A stretch of 63,977 nt of DNA, filler included, from Collodictyon triciliatum (GCA_043381765.1; 6 parts of 6 records of this genome joined end to end with filler, not necessarily neighbours in it); one strand, 5' to 3'. Positions 28,931 through 48,820 are shown, numbered from the whole stretch's first letter. Made by a program: numbers and translations. Notes: generated by a model not told the origin, from the letters alone.

Positions 28931-29801
28931 TCATTTGCAAGTGGGATTCGAAGCTGAGAGACCTGACTTGAAAGGTTGAAGGCGCCTGCCAGTAAACTCA
29001 TGAAAGAGTTGGGAAGGCACACGAAAGATAGATGATAAATTGTCAAGGCTTCCTTTCAGCAGCCATCGTGAACCTTTGTAGCTGTGAGACGCATCGGCAC
29101 TTTGCCTCTCCACGCATGCGAAGCAGGCAAATTACTTTTTGATTCGCTTTCCTTCTTATTTTTTTTCTTGTTTTTTTTTTCTTGTTTTTTTTTCTTGTTT
29201 TTTTTACTTGTTTTTTTTTATTTGTTTTTTTTANNNNNNNNNNNNNNNNNNNNNNNNNNNNNNNNNNNNNNNNNNNNNNNNNNNNNNNNNNNNNNNNNNN
29301 NNNNNNNNNNNNNNNNNNNNNNNNNNNNNNNNNNNNNNNNNNNNNNNNNNNNNNNNNNNNNNNNNNNNNNNNNNNNNNNNNNNNNNNNNNNNNNNNNNNN
29401 NNNNNNNNNNNNNNNNNNNNNNNNNNNNNNNNNNNNNNNNNNNNNNNNNNNNNNNNNNNNNNNNNNNNNNNNNNNNNNNNNNNNNNNNNNNNNNNNNNNN
29501 NNNNNNNNNNNNNNNNNNNNNNNNNNNNNNNNNNNNNNNNNNNNNNNNNNNNNNNNNNNNNNNNNNNNNNNNNNNNNNNNNNNNNNNNNNNNNNNNNNNN
29601 NNNNNNNNNNNNNNNNNNNNNNNNNNNNNNNNNNNNNNNNNNNNNNNNNNNNNNNNNNNNNNNNNNNNNNNNNNNNNNNNNNNNNNNNNNNNNNNNNNNN
29701 NNNNNNNNNNNNNNNNNNAAACAAACGTATCCTCCGCCGACCGCTGCGTTTCTGTGCCTCTCTGTGTCTGAACCCCTTTTGATTGTTGGTATATTTTTCA
29801 T
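28931..29801 (-). CDS. Possible small gene spanning the 29234-29718 gap
   Basis: Putative first exon MKNIPTIKRGSDTERHRNAAVGGGY followed by GT, and an open terminal segment 28931-29113. Confidence 0.3.
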
Positions 29802-29842
29802 TTTATCTCTCTATGCTAGGTAATTCCTTTTAATTATAAGTC

Positions 29843-29960
29843 TGTTTGTTTGTTTGTTTGTTTGTTTGTTTGTTTGTTTGTTTGTTTGTTTGTTTGTTTG
29901 TTTGTTTGTTTGTTTGTTTGTTTGTTTGTTTGTTTGTTTGTTTGTTTGTTTGTTTGTTTT
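29843..29960. repeat. (GTTT)n microsatellite upstream of the kinesin start
   Basis: Directly visible. Confidence 0.95.
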
Positions 29961-29997
29961 TGTGCTTTTAAATAGCTATATGTTTATGCCTAGACTG

Positions 29998-35171
<5,174 letters not shown>

Positions 35172-35849
35172 TTGTGGTAGAAAAAATGATCAGGGGAAAG
35201 GAAGACATAATTGTCTGTAGAAACGCAACTGCAAATGTGTCGTATAGGACAGACTTTTCTCATTATTATTTTTATTTTATTTTATTTTATTTTTGCACTT
35301 TTGATATGTAACTCGTATGATATAAATTCCTTTCATGTGATTTCTCCGCTCGCATTTTTTTTCTATACCAGTTGAATGTGTGACACGTTGTGCTTGACCG
35401 CATTTGACGAGGGCATCACTTTTTGCTGGGTGGGATTCATGTTGAAATGTCGGTTTCTTGAAGTAACCTCTTTTTTTATTTTTTGTCTTTTTGAAAAGAT
35501 TCTATTCACAAACGAAAGAGTACAAGGGTGAGTTCGATTCATTCTACACCATCGAAAGTATCGAACACAATTCCCATTTTTAACCAGGAGAATAAAAATA
35601 TTGTACATAACAGTCAATGAGGAAGTTAGATTGAGACACACTCTTTTTTTCTCCTTCAAGATACTCATAAAGCAAAATCTATTAAGCATGACAACGAGAC
35701 GCCTGTGAATGAGTTGTGTCTTTGGCGGGGCCAAGAGGGATAAAGGTCGTGGAGAGGTTCTGAGGTAAAGCAACTATAGGACGAAAAATGAGCTGTGGAC
35801 AAGACAGTGGAAAACCCCGGCTTGTGTGGTCGGAGTTTTTATGTTTTGG

Positions 35850-37137
35850 AAGGAAAGAAAGAAAAAGAAAGGAGAGAAAGGAGAGAAAGTGTTCTCACAC
35901 GAAGACTATTCTACCCGATGTGGTTCAATCCAATGCGATTTCTGGTTGCGTTCGAGACTGACAGAAGACCGGATAAAGTTGTCGGGTCGATGAAAGTACG
36001 CACATGGCAGTTGCTTCTCAAATCGATTCCGAAGAGTCCTTTCAACCATCTATCTCAGACAAGGTTTACATCCTATTTCATTCCACAGGATGGTTCTTTT
36101 GATGAGACAACAGGCCACTTTCCTTGCGTCTCTTGCTGGGCGACTCAGACAAAAAGCGATATATCGTTGTTTGTCTGGTATTATCGGAAGTGACGCTTGA
36201 CCGTCCCCTGGTTTCGGAACCATGCGTAGCCGGCAGTGGACTTTGCTTAACCGGGGTATGGATACGCGTTTGTGGTTTTAGAAACATACGCTCCTGCTTG
36301 CTCGGACTGTCTTTGGTGTGAAGTTCCCAAGCTTGGATTCGACTTGTGGTGTTTCCCTTGCTCCTTGGTTCTTGGTGCGACGGGCTGGGGCAGGATAAAT
36401 GGACTATCTTTGGTGGGCGCTGGTTCTTGTGTTGCCTTCGCTTTGAAATATCCTTTCGGATAAGTAACGAAGACTGCCTTGAGGCCTCCTATGTTAACCA
36501 TATTCACGTCAGTCTGAATGGGTAGTTTAAGGGGGGATTTCTTTCGGNNNNNNNNNNNNNNNNNNNNNNNNNNNNNNNNNNNNNNNNNNNNTTAATTAAT
36601 TAANNNNNNNNNNNNNNNNNNNNNNNNNNNNNNNNNNNNNNNNNNNNTGCAGAAGCCTTTCTGGTTGTCCCAGCATATTTGTCCTGCTGCCAATGGCTCG
36701 TTCAGGGGTATTGTCATTTCGCAGTGAGTATACAGAATCTGCCAACGCGAGAGCAAAGGCTCGGGTGTATTTGGAGGTGGTCGTGGGATTGTTCTTTGTT
36801 GCAACTGTGTTTTGAAGTCTGCACACAGTTTGGTGATGAGTTTCCACATCCCAGTTTGCCAAAATCCTTTCGGCTGCATGAACATGTCCGTCCACCACTT
36901 CATGGTCAGTGACATCCATGCGGTTTTGGGTGTGATGATTCCAACGCCTCCCTCTGTGGGTGGCTTAACCAGTGTTTTGATTTTGTATTGCTGTCTCTTA
37001 GTTGTGATGAAGGTGCGGCATATGCTCTCCAGTGTGTCAAGATGCTTTTGAGGTAGGTGAGAGCCCTTCATGTTGTGGATGAGGGTCGGTAGCATGAGTT
37101 GGTTCCATAGCCTCGCTTTTCCGATGTCTGAAAGATG
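35850..37137 (-). mobile_element. 5'-truncated non-LTR (L1/Tx1-like) retrotransposon fragment, interrupted by a gap
   Basis: Intronless frame HLSDIGKARLWNQLMLPTLIH...ICRTFI...LVKPPTEGGVGI...SLTMKWW matches the post-RT region of L1/Tx1 ORF2. An open frame beyond the gap ends YPYPG-stop at 36247. The 3' boundary is approximate. Confidence 0.7.
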
Positions 37138-37668
37138 GAATCTTTTCCAGGAGGCGATAAGAGAGATATCGATGACATTTCATTCTATGTAGAAACTAGC
37201 ATAGTTGGTTGTGTGGCTATTAAATGTGATTTAAGTAGAAGAAAGCACAAGGAATGCAGACATCCATGTATGAAACAAGCTAATCTACAATTCGATTTCA
37301 AAAAAGCCAAGTTTGTGTGTGACCGCGCGATAAAAGAGAACAGAAAGCGATACAGCAAAGTAAAGAAGGGAGAAGGAATAGTAGAACTGTTAATCAGGTC
37401 TTGGGTCGGCTCATTCACTCGGCAATCGCCTAATTGAATAACACAAGACCCCACATCGGAATTGGTATAAACCGCGCCAACGTCAGATTGGCAAAATAGA
37501 AAAAAAAATGGTTTATTTTATTCTATCGCCCTCCTTTTCATATACTATCGTGTTTCCATCTACACAACAAATCTGCAATTATCGTGCTACAGCCTCGAAT
37601 GATGAGACTAGTGCAGAAAAACGTACAAATACTTTCTTTTCTTTTCTTTTCCCTTTGGGCATGAGTAT

Positions 37669-40600
37669 TCAAGATGATACTTGAGATAGTCTTTGGAGGC
37701 TATTTCGGGCTTGTGTTTCCTCATGCATGCACCCAAGCCCGACAAATACATCCAATGAGGACTCGAGATACTGTTGCCGATTACGACGGTCACCAGGGCC
37801 AATGCAGCCCATATAAAGCGATGCTACACCTCTTTCATATTTCATGTCCATGTCTGTAGCGATTTGAATTGCTTTCTTGAAGAATCTGGCCATCCCAGTC
37901 CGAGTGATTTGGTGAGTGGTTTGTCTGACATGGATTGCTCGTCCCTGGATGATTAGGTGCTGCGGCATGGCCAAAGGATACAGTCGCGCAAGTTGCTGCG
38001 ACACAGGGAGGCATTTTGCAAAGAGCTCTTCCATTCGCTTCGACTCAGCTTCGGCTATGCTTTGTAACTCCTCGTTGGTGTAATCAACTACGATTTGAGG
38101 ACAGAAGGATTAGTATACTTGTATAAAGGTCCTCTGGTACGTGGTTTAAAGTACTTTATTTATCATTATTGTTTTTGTTTTTTTTTTGTTTCATACACGT
38201 GCACTTGAGGATCGGCGAAAAGTGAATTGTGGCTCGAGACTGGATACAAATGTGTTGCAAAGGATGATGTATAAAAACATGCTTTAAGCTGACCTTGTCT
38301 AATGTCACCGATGAGAAGATTCTGGGTGGGGTCTTGTGTTAATTTCGGAATTAAGCTGCCCTCTTCTTCACTCTTCCTCAGTATACGCAAATGATAAAAG
38401 AATTGCCAATAATCAAGAATGGTATAGAGAAGCATCCCGATGCCGCGAATGAAGGAAGGATTGAGTCCAATCTGAATCGAGTACGAATAAGATATGAAAG
38501 AACTAAAAAGGTTTATCTTTTTTTTTTTTTTTTGTTCATTTCTATTTCTAGAAGAAATAATGCACATAAGAAGGAAAGGAAGGAGAAATGGGCAAAGATG
38601 AGCGCAAACCAACCTTTTCCAAATCAATTCGCGAAGCAGACAGCTCCAGATATTTTTTACACGTGACGTAATCGCGCTCTTTGAACGAAATAAATGCAGC
38701 ACAGGAAACATACGACGTAGTGAGTGCGACATCAGGCCTTTCGATTGTGTAATCTGGAATTTTGGGAAACGGTAATTCGTGCAAGCTTTCGATAAACTCA
38801 AACAATGCATTCATATATCAAAAGGAACTGTCCTTGTCTATACTATTCATCTTTGAAAAACGGACAGAGAGACAGAAAGGAATAAATCTAACCAAGCTTC
38901 CCCAGAGTTCTTTTAGCTGTCTCAATTTGTCCGAGCCGCAGAAGCGAAATTACTTCGATACCAATAGCAGCTATTTCCAAGTTGAATGTCTCTCTTTTTC
39001 GTGCAAGCTCTAATTATAAAAGATATCACATGATGGATGATAATAATTCCAAGGAACATGGGCATAGATAAATGAATGGATGAAACGGCTGGATTATTTG
39101 TTGATGCGATTGAAAAGAGTTTGAAAGTACTATAAATACCTTCACATTTCCTGGCGGTTTCGAACCCTTGGTTAAATTTGCTCCAGTAGAAATAGCATGC
39201 TGCACGCGATGACAGAATGTACTCTGTGTAGAATGCATGGCGACTTGTAATCGAAGAAAGAGACATTGTTATTATTGTTATTAAATTCCAGCCAATAGTA
39301 TATAAACAAATTAGTATAGTCCCTCTATCCAACAAAGCGCAGTTGTATAAGATGGAGGATTTGCATCCACCTGTGTGAGTGAAGATTGCAAATCCCTTCT
39401 GCAACATTTAACACCCCGAGTGCCCCTTCGAAATCGCCCACGTTGATGAACGAGAGAAACGACACACGATTCAACTGCATTATTGACTTCCAGTCGCCAG
39501 TAAGATTGACCACTCTATTGCAAAATACACCATTTTCATTTATATTGTATGCTTCGCCAGCTGTCTCCCTGGTGACCACCCGATGTTTATGCAGAACAAC
39601 AAAACGGTAAAATGAAAGTATGCTGACCTAAAAGATTCTGTTCGGAAGACTTTGCCAAGCATACGCATATTCTCTGCATCCAATGCTGTCGATGCGAAGA
39701 AAAGGGCTTGCGCGAGTTCATTCGAGTACCCCAGTGGCTGACCAACATCAACAGTCGCGAGGCATACTGATTAAAGACAGGGTCATTTTTATTTACATAT
39801 ATCACATTGTGGATAATTGTTTTTGAAACGAATAGAAAATTAAATTAAATAAATATTAAAGGAAGAGGAAGAAGACCTAAAAGTGAGAATAATCATGGAT
39901 GAAACATACCTTCCAGCAACATTTTTGGGTCGTAATGCCCATACCAAAATGATGACTATATAATACAGTACGCAATAAGAAAGCTGAGCAAAGGTAAGTT
40001 TCTGTTATATATAAAGTATTTTCTTTTATAGTAAGACAAAACAAAATGAGTGAACTACGTACGGAGGTGTACAGATATAATATTTTTGATATTTCTTGAC
40101 GCAATAGCATATCATCGCTCATGTTGTCAGAGGCCGACTGAGTTCTACGCAACTTCCACAGGCGCCAGCTCTATTGTGATATTCACAACTATATCAGAAT
40201 CCAACCTCATTGAAAGACAAGGAGCAGGAATTGTGATGGATGTTTGTCAGTTAATTGCAATCAAGAAACTTACGCAGCGAACAACGGTTTTAAACTTATT
40301 CCACATAGAGTTTTCTAATGGTTCCGGGCTGCTGAATATGTCCATGGAGAAGTTGAGCTGCTCAGTTACTGTTTTCAACCCGTTGATGTATGATTGGTGC
40401 CCAACTTCCATTCTACCGCGAGCTGTATGTGCCTCTCCCAGACATCGGTACCAACGCACAAGCATGTATAAGGGAATAGAGTTGGACTCCTGAAAGGATG
40501 GTGGGCGTGTGCGTAATAAACAGAGTAAATAGCTGAACAAATTGGTGCTTAATTCTGGTAATTAGAATATACTTTCGAGTTGATGTTTTGTTTTTTGTTT

Positions 40601-42157
40601 TTGTTTTTAAAATGTGATATGCACCGCGGCTAATTTAATAGCTTCATTCAAGAACTCAATTGCGTCGTTCATAGCCTTGTTCTCCAAAGAAAAAACACCA
40701 GCGAGGCCGTAATACTTTTTTAAAAAAAATCATAATTATCAACGAAGTTATCAATAAAAAGGAATTTTGATGGCCTAATTTCTGCATGTCTTTTTGAAGA
40801 TTCATGATATGTGAGTAGAAACAGATGTTTTTTTGTTCTAATTGCGTTGAACTTTAGATGGAATAGAGATAAAAAGAAAAGAAAAAAGTACATGGACAGC
40901 TTTTGCAGGGTCTCCTGCTTGCCTCCAATGTTCAGCAAGGTCTTTATAGTAGATATCCAACTGTCCTTGAAATAGTTCCTCGAATAACAGAGCAATCTAG
41001 AATAGAGAAATAGCGTTATTCTGACGAAATGAGAATGAGCATATGTGAAGGTATCTTCAAATGAACATGTTTGTTACTTGTCTGCTAATCGAACGTCGGT
41101 GTTCCTGCAACATTAAACTGCGAATAACTTCCCGTGTGGATGTATTTGTGAATTTGTACAACTTGTCTGAAAAGCTGCGAGTGTCACGTTGCAATCGAGA
41201 TGTTGGTTCATCGGGTTCATTTGTTGTGCGAGCAGAGTTTGGATTCAGTGTTGTTTCAAGAAAATTCTTCTCCACGAGATATGCCAAATCCTCCTCGACG
41301 CTGAAATATTTGTGAATGAAAAAGTGTACATGTAAATAAGGTTAAGTTAATCATGTATTTCGCTTCATAAACGACTATTTTTTTATTTTATTATACCATT
41401 ACTATTATTACTGAACTTACGTTTCTGCCAATTGATGCCAAAGCGCCGCCTCGCTTTTCAGGTTTGCAATCAACCTTTTTATTAGAGACAGAGGGAATAT
41501 TTCTCCGATGCAACTCGCAACCTTTCGAAAGAAGAAAAAAAAAAAGAAACATCATAAAAACTTCGCTGCAAATGAAAACGTAGAAATGCATTTCATGCCT
41601 TCATACAATGTAAACAGATATAGTATCCATCTAAAGTAAAATCACCTTGAGCAAAATCTGTTTGGTAAAGTCGATTCGGTCGAGGCGCGATGCAATAATC
41701 CCAGATATTGTGTCCGGTAAATCAACTTTGCCAGACTCAATAATTGCATTGGTAAAGCGGGCAGACTTTGTGTTCGGGTCTATTACAAGATACCCGGCAT
41801 CTTTGGCCGAATTTATCAATTGGATCAAGAGAAATGGATTTCCTTGGGACTTTTCAGCTAAAAACGTTTCCATCTATTGCACATTCAGTTAGAGAGGATT
41901 TCAAAGATTACGTGTAATAAGTTCATTAATATATATTGGTGAACCTGAGGGGAAATAGACTCTACTCCGAGGATATTGTAAACGATTTTCAATACATCCT
42001 GTTCAATTAATCTCAACATGGAATGCCTGTATATAGAACCGACGATTTTAAGCCCATTTTCAAATAAAATAAAAGTACGAGGGATGGAAAAATATGTCAT
42101 TTGGCTAATGCTAGGAGACAATAAATACTGTATGTTATTTCATCATCGTCATCATTA

Positions 42158-42256
<99 letters not shown>

Positions 42257-45200
42257 TTGCGTTTGACATTAACTCATATCTTGGCTTCACTATTGTTGAT
42301 GACATTTCTTTCGTTCATTTATCTTATTCTCTTGGACTTACAGGGACACCTCTGGCATTTTGATGAGCTCCAAGATGGATGGGCCAGGCGTGCCAGTCCT
42401 CTGAGTCATAACACAGATGAACGGAGACACGTTCTTTGTGACCGAGACCAGCACCTGTTTGGATAGCTCATCCAAGTGATTGACATCATCGACAACCAAA
42501 ACAAGCGGCATTCCTCGGTCCCGAATCTTGCGTTGGAACACAGCGTTTATCACAATCTCTGTGTTTTTGTACTTTGTTTCCCCATCGATTTCGTTTTCCG
42601 CTCCAATCGCCGATTCCACAGATGCCCTTCTCTGTGCAAACTTTTCGCGCACAGTGCTGAAATGCCGCTGCCGCTCGTGGTCCCCGGCGTTTCGGGTAAT
42701 CATGCGCGGTGTCAAAGCCTCTGCAATCTGGTTCGACACGGCCGCTGCAGAGTCCGGCGATGCCTCTGTGCTGTTTGGTAGTTGCGGGTGAAGAGATAAA
42801 GCCGTCAGCGAAGCGCCCGGCACAGCCAAAGTTGCGCTGCTGACGCCCATTGACCCGTCGGCCATGGATGACAATGCGGCATTTGGGAGGGGTGCGCCGT
42901 GTGTGTCTTTGGCGTTGGTGATTCGAAGGTGCTGCAGAATCATCTCGATGTTTGGGGTTCCGTCTTCCAGGGTCGGCAGGTGGGAAATCAGGTCCTCGAC
43001 TTGCTTCGGGCTGCGGCGGCTAATCATGTTGAGATAGTTTTTCCATACACGAAGGACCGAGCCCACAGCGCGGCTCGCTTGCAGGGAGATGCATGGGAGA
43101 TGGAGGTTCCCAGCGATGCGCTCGACTTCTTGTACAAATGCAGTTTTTCCCATTCCTTGGTTGCGAATTGAAAGGATTTACTAAGATTTTTCGTGTGTTT
43201 TTTGGTTCTTTTAATTTTATGGTTGTTTTGTTTTTGTTTTTGTTTTTGTTTTTGTTTTTGTTTTTGTTTTTGTTTTTGTTTTTGTTTTTATTTTTATTTT
43301 TGTTTGGTTTGGTTTGTTCTTGACTCTTAGTTCTGCCGGGAAAATGAAAAAATGAGAAGAGTGATTGGTATATCGATTGTATAGTACCTGCATCTCCTTC
43401 GATCAGAATAACTCTGGATTTCTGGTCGCGTATGGTTTGCTCGCATATTTTATGTATTTTTGCTTTTTCTTCTGCGCGCCCAAAGAATTCAACACCCTTT
43501 TTTTATTTAGAATTTTTTTTGTTAAATTATATATCTTTTCTTTCAGCTTAACTTTTTTTTTCGTATTTGTAAGTATTCCTTTTTATTACTAATATTATTA
43601 GTTTTCTACCAAGAGCGTATCTATTTCTACTGTGCTCGGTATCTTATTCATCTTTAAACGAATTAAAAAAAACAACCAAAACTCCATGTGTTGACTCAGT
43701 ACAAGTTAGGTACTTATCAGTATGCTACTTATTTGTGGAAGGCTATTACCTGCGCAGGTGGCTTTATGTTTGGCGCAGCAAGTCCTTTTGAGCGAAATAT
43801 TGGAATTGGCTTTGATTTACCTTTCACCGTAATGGCATCAAGTGCTTCGAGTAGCATTCCCCTGCAAATATGGTGATTCGCAGGTAAATATATATCTGGA
43901 GAATGAGAAGAACCCCGAGCCAGATAATTTTCTTATGTCAGGGTACTTACTTTTCTTTGCATCCTTTCGAAGTACTTTCATCACATATTATATCCATAGT
44001 GCTGGCATGACTGAGTCTCGAAGCTAAATTCACTAGGTCTCCAACTGCAGAAATTAAATGACTTACAAAAACGAGGCATAACTTGATATACGAGAAAAAA
44101 AAATAAAGACGCTGATACTCAGAAAAGTAAAATGGCATTTCACGACTTCATGATTATGCGAGATAATGTTGGCCCAATATTGAGTGATAGGCTGAGAAAG
44201 AAGTTTTTTTTTTCTAGATATAAACATACCCATAGCATATTCCCAGCGAGAGTCATTTCCAACAGCTCCACAAAAGACTGTTCCTGATGTGACTCCGATG
44301 GAACATGCCAGACTGAGGACACTCGCCTCTCGCTTAATATTCTGGGCCGCTACAATTCGATACGAATGATTATTAAATACAGTACAATTTTTATCTTCAA
44401 AATAGTTGAGTGAATGCTTTTTTTTTTTATAATGAGAGTATGTGTGTATAATTATCTCATGCAAATCATATTATGTTGCTACCTGACACACATCTGAAAG
44501 GGTCATCTTCATGAGATTGAGAGGGTAGTCCATAGCAAGCAATCATAACGCAACCCTTGTCATCCTAAATTCATCATTCGAATGTTATTTACACAAAGTA
44601 TAATGCTATTGTGTTGGTTGATTGAGCATGTAAATAACAGTATGTATGTTTGACATATTCGCATACAAGAGAAAAAGACAAATTTGTCATGGAAATGAAA
44701 AAGTCTATTGTGTATTGCTATTTCAGTAATGTGAGATTAACCATCATAAATTGTCTCATCGAGCCCGCAGTCTTTTGCAATATCTTCAGTGTTGACACAA
44801 TTAATCGTTGCGCTTTATGTGCTACACGCGCCGTCCGAAAATCCAATCCAGGGAGAGATACAAACATCACACTCACCCTTCTTATTTCATTAAGCATGTG
44901 TTTTACATAACCTGCTCCTAATCTTTCATGCACCTATTTGAAACCATTACAATCAATTGTATATTTTTTTTTAATGAAAAGGAGATTGAGATGAAATGAA
45001 GCTGAACAGGTGAATCAGAAGAGATATCGTACAGATATAATGAAATCGAGAGAAAAGAGAAAGAGAAGGTTCAATATTTCTTACCGATGTCAGTACATAT
45101 GGCTTCAAGAGCTTCTTCATAGCCTCATCCGCAAAGCCTTGCAACAGAGGCATTCTTGTGGGCAACTGGTCACAGGTTTGGATCATAAAGTGTCCATCTT

Positions 45201-46735
45201 CATGTTGGTGACCTTGACAGACATTTTGGATGATTTTGTGGCATTTAGGTGACAGAACAATTTGGCCGCGCGCAGCTTTGTCTAAAGCAGCTGTGATTTG
45301 GATGATGGGTTCTCCGACTACTGCAAACTCGGCACGTGATTCGTACCCACCAATGTGAATCAACTGGACTTTACCGCATCCGATTCCCGCGTGTAGATAA
45401 AGACGAAGTCCGTCTTCGATTTCGTAATCGTTGAGGGTGTGTAGAAGATCCAATGCACATTGAGAACCGGAATGGCAGAGTCTCTGTATTCGATTCGCCA
45501 TGTTTTCGGGAATGGCTTCTTCGTGTTCCCATATTGCATCTGTGGTTGTATGACGCTGCTTGACTTGCTGCTGATATCTGCGGGTGTATTATGGATTAAT
45601 AGTATATATGAAAAAAATTGTTTCTATATGCAGGAGGGAGATATGATAGTCCATATAATGCCACAAAATAAAATGGAGATACATAAATATTACTATTAAT
45701 CAAATATTTTTCATACGGAATGGTTTATTTTTTGTTTCTGTCATTTTTCTTCTTACTACTCTCTTTTTTCTTTTTTTTCTTTTTTCTTTTTTTCTTTTTT
45801 CTTTTTTCTTTTTTCTTTTTTCTTTTTTTCTTTTTCTTTTTTTCTTTTTTTCTTTTTTTCTTTTTTTCTTTTTTTCTTTTTTTCTTTTTTTTCTTTTTTT
45901 CTTTTTTTCTTTTTTGTGGTGTTGAAATTCATGGTTGATAAGTAAAATACAGAATGTGTCGAGGTATCAAAAATTTCTTTCAATTTTCAAATCCAACAGC
46001 ATCACAAAATGTATCATTTTTGGTCCTGTTTTGGTGAATAAGTGGCTTACTCTTCGTCATCCATCCACAACAACAGCAGAGCATCTCCAGCAAACCGAAT
46101 TACATCACCTGAACAGACGCACCAGATATTATGAACAGAGTGAAAACAAAACAAAAAGAAGTGATGCTTTCAAAATAAAGTAGATATATGAGATCTAAAA
46201 TCCTCTGGCGTTTACCAGATATGTATTTGACTCACCTCCATGCCGAATAATGATGCCAATCATTTTGTCAAAGTACTTGTTTAAGTGCGATGTTAGTTCC
46301 TCAACACCTGCGTGACCTTTGGCCGATAGAGTTTCTGCCATCTTTGTGAACCTTTTGGTTGAAAATATCGTAAATTAAGTCATATGTATTCCATCAACAA
46401 AACAAAAAAACTTGTGTATCAACTTTAGATTATTGTAAAAAAAAATGTAAAAAACTGCGCATGCAAACAAGTATGAGAAGGAATATGACTAAATAAATGA
46501 CAGGAAGTTCCCACGAGGGTAAACGAAGATGCAGGAGTGTTTTGACTAAATATGAGACTTTAGGGGGGGATTTATTGTTCACCCACCCCGATACATCGGC
46601 AAAGACAACACATGCGTGCACGGCCACTGCTTCGAGACATTTTGGCGGTGCTTTGTCGATGTTGAATCTTTGAAGCACTGCGCGGGGAACCGCTGAGGAA
46701 AGTGCCGTGTCGGGTGGGGATTTGGGCGGTTCCAT
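37669..46735 (-). CDS. ADCY10: Soluble adenylyl cyclase (ADCY10-like): two class III cyclase domains, STAND NTPase and TPR-like helical C-terminus
   Basis: C1 has FADVSGFT and GDVIRFAGDAL. C2 has NEIRRVSVMF, QFMMDDKG, GVTSGTVFCG, VGDLVNLASRL and VKGK. Walker A is IEGDAGMGKT, Walker B LVVDDVNHLD, followed by GNPF and LPDTISGIIASRLDRI. Confidence 0.92.
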
Positions 46736-47218
46736 CGCCGAGCAACAGGTCCTACAAGACAGCCATCGAGGAAGGAAAAGAATCAACCCGGAAAGAGGGG
46801 GAAAAAATATTGCAAAATGTGAGCAAGTGAAAGAAAGGGGAAGGGTTTTTTTTTAAAAAAAAAAAAAAAAAATGGCGCGCGAGTGTGGTTTCATAAGTCA
46901 AGACGTGAAAAAGATAGTGAATGAAAAATGAGAAGGAAGAGGGGGGAAAAAAAACTACTGTAGTTGTTTTAAAGCATTAAGAGCAGAAAGTCCCTGGAAT
47001 AAATGTTGAAATGCAGGAGATGGCTGGAAAGAATAGAGTGATATGAAGGACAATAAGCAGAAATACTCACCAAGTGAAAACCCAAGCGACCTTTATTTAG
47101 TCGTGTAAGCGCAGAATCGCCTCAAAGTCGTAACTTCCCGAAGCCTGGTTGTGTATCCCGGTGACCAAGTACAGTCTTTTGGAATAAGCGGAGGAACGGT
47201 TTTTATGATGTTTGTGTC

Positions 47219-48690
47219 ATGAAGGATATACGAACGCAGTATGGAATAAGGTTTCTGTTAGAATCCCATCAGGTTGCCAAGGGCACAAACTAAATATCAA
47301 TTCAGTGTTCGATGGAATATGAATATGTGAAGCAGGAAAAGGGGAGGGGAAAGCGCTCTTGGCCCAGTCAAAGTGTCTACACTAAACACGAATGCGGCCT
47401 AACAAGAAAACGTCTATTACTGCCATCAAGAGTGTTTGCATACATATTTTTGCGACTTGTAAAACCCCCCTGAAAAATGAATAATAAATAAANNNNNNNN
47501 NNNNNNNNNNNNNNNNNNNNNNNNNNNNNNNNNNNNNNNNNNNNNNNNNNNNNNNNNNNNNNNNNNNNNNNNNNNNNNNNNNNNNNNNNNNNNNNNNNNN
47601 NNNNNNNNNNNNNNNNNNNNNNNNNNNNNNNNNNNNNNNNNNNNNNNNNNNNNNNNNNNNNNNNNNNNNNNNNNNNNNNNNNNNNNNNNNNNNNNNNNNN
47701 NNNNNNNNNNNNNNNNNNNNNNNNNNNNNNNNNNNNNNNNNNNNNNNNNNNNNNNNNNNNNNNNNNNNNNNNNNNNNNNNNNNNNNNNNNNNNNNNNNNN
47801 NNNNNNNNNNNNNNNNNNNNNNNNNNNNNNNNNNNNNNNNNNNNNNNNNNNNNNNNNNNNNNNNNNNNNNNNNNNNNNNNNNNNNNNNNNNNNNNNNNNN
47901 NNNNNNNNNNNNNNNNNNNNNNNNNNNNNNNNNNNNNNNNNNNNNNNNNNNNNNNNNNNNNNNNNNNNNNNNNNNNNNNNNNNNNNNNNNNNNNNNNNNN
48001 NNNNNNNNNNNNNNNNNNNNNNNNNNNNNNNNNNNNNNNNNNNNNNNNNNNNNNNNNNNNNNNNNNNNNATGAAAACCAGAATCGAGAGTCAGTTTGGTA
48101 TAAAGCGAGTGTTTTCCCGTCAGTCCATTCTGTTTCATGACAGCAAGTTGGATTGTTATTTGGAACGGACTGGCTGTTTGTAGTGTGCGGCCTTGTACCT
48201 ATTGTACCCTTTTCCTTCCCTTTTTTTTTTTTTTTCCTTCATATTTTCTCGTTTTTTTCCCTTATGATAAAGCGCTCATTCTGAAATAAGCTGAAAAGCA
48301 CCAGGCACAATTACATCGAGGGGATGGACCCCGAGGCACTCAGTTTATTAACTATAAGTGAATTGGTTTCGCTTCGTGAGGGTCTACTCCATGTCGTTCA
48401 GAATCAGCAGGTCGTTTTATTTCACTGATTAATCTCTTTCCACTCCAACTATTTTCATTTCTTTTCTTCTAAAAACGCGTAATGATTGTGTATTAGTTCC
48501 TAGATTCACTGCCTGATGGAGGTGCTGGGTGGAGGAAACAGTTCATGACCATAGAAGAGCATATCAATCTGAAGGAAAATCTGCAAAAGTCAGAGAACAC
48601 AAGAAGCAGTCAGTATGGAGGCGAGTCCACTGCTAGTAAACCTTTGGAGGAAATCGTTCATGGGATTCGAAATATAGTTCTTGATGATGT
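47219..48690 (+). CDS. Fragmentary exons of an unresolved gene around the 47493-48069 gap
   Basis: AG/GT-bounded open segments at ~47219-47250, ~47407-47458, 48291-48410 and 48504-48688. Phases are not fully reconciled. Confidence 0.3.
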
Positions 48691-48718
48691 TTGTTTTTGT
48701 ATTAGCTGCATATCATCG

Positions 48719-48820
<102 letters not shown>

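Noticed and set aside
35890..36240. Hammerhead ribozyme in the LINE 3' region
   Set aside because: No CUGANGA core with compatible stems was found by eye.
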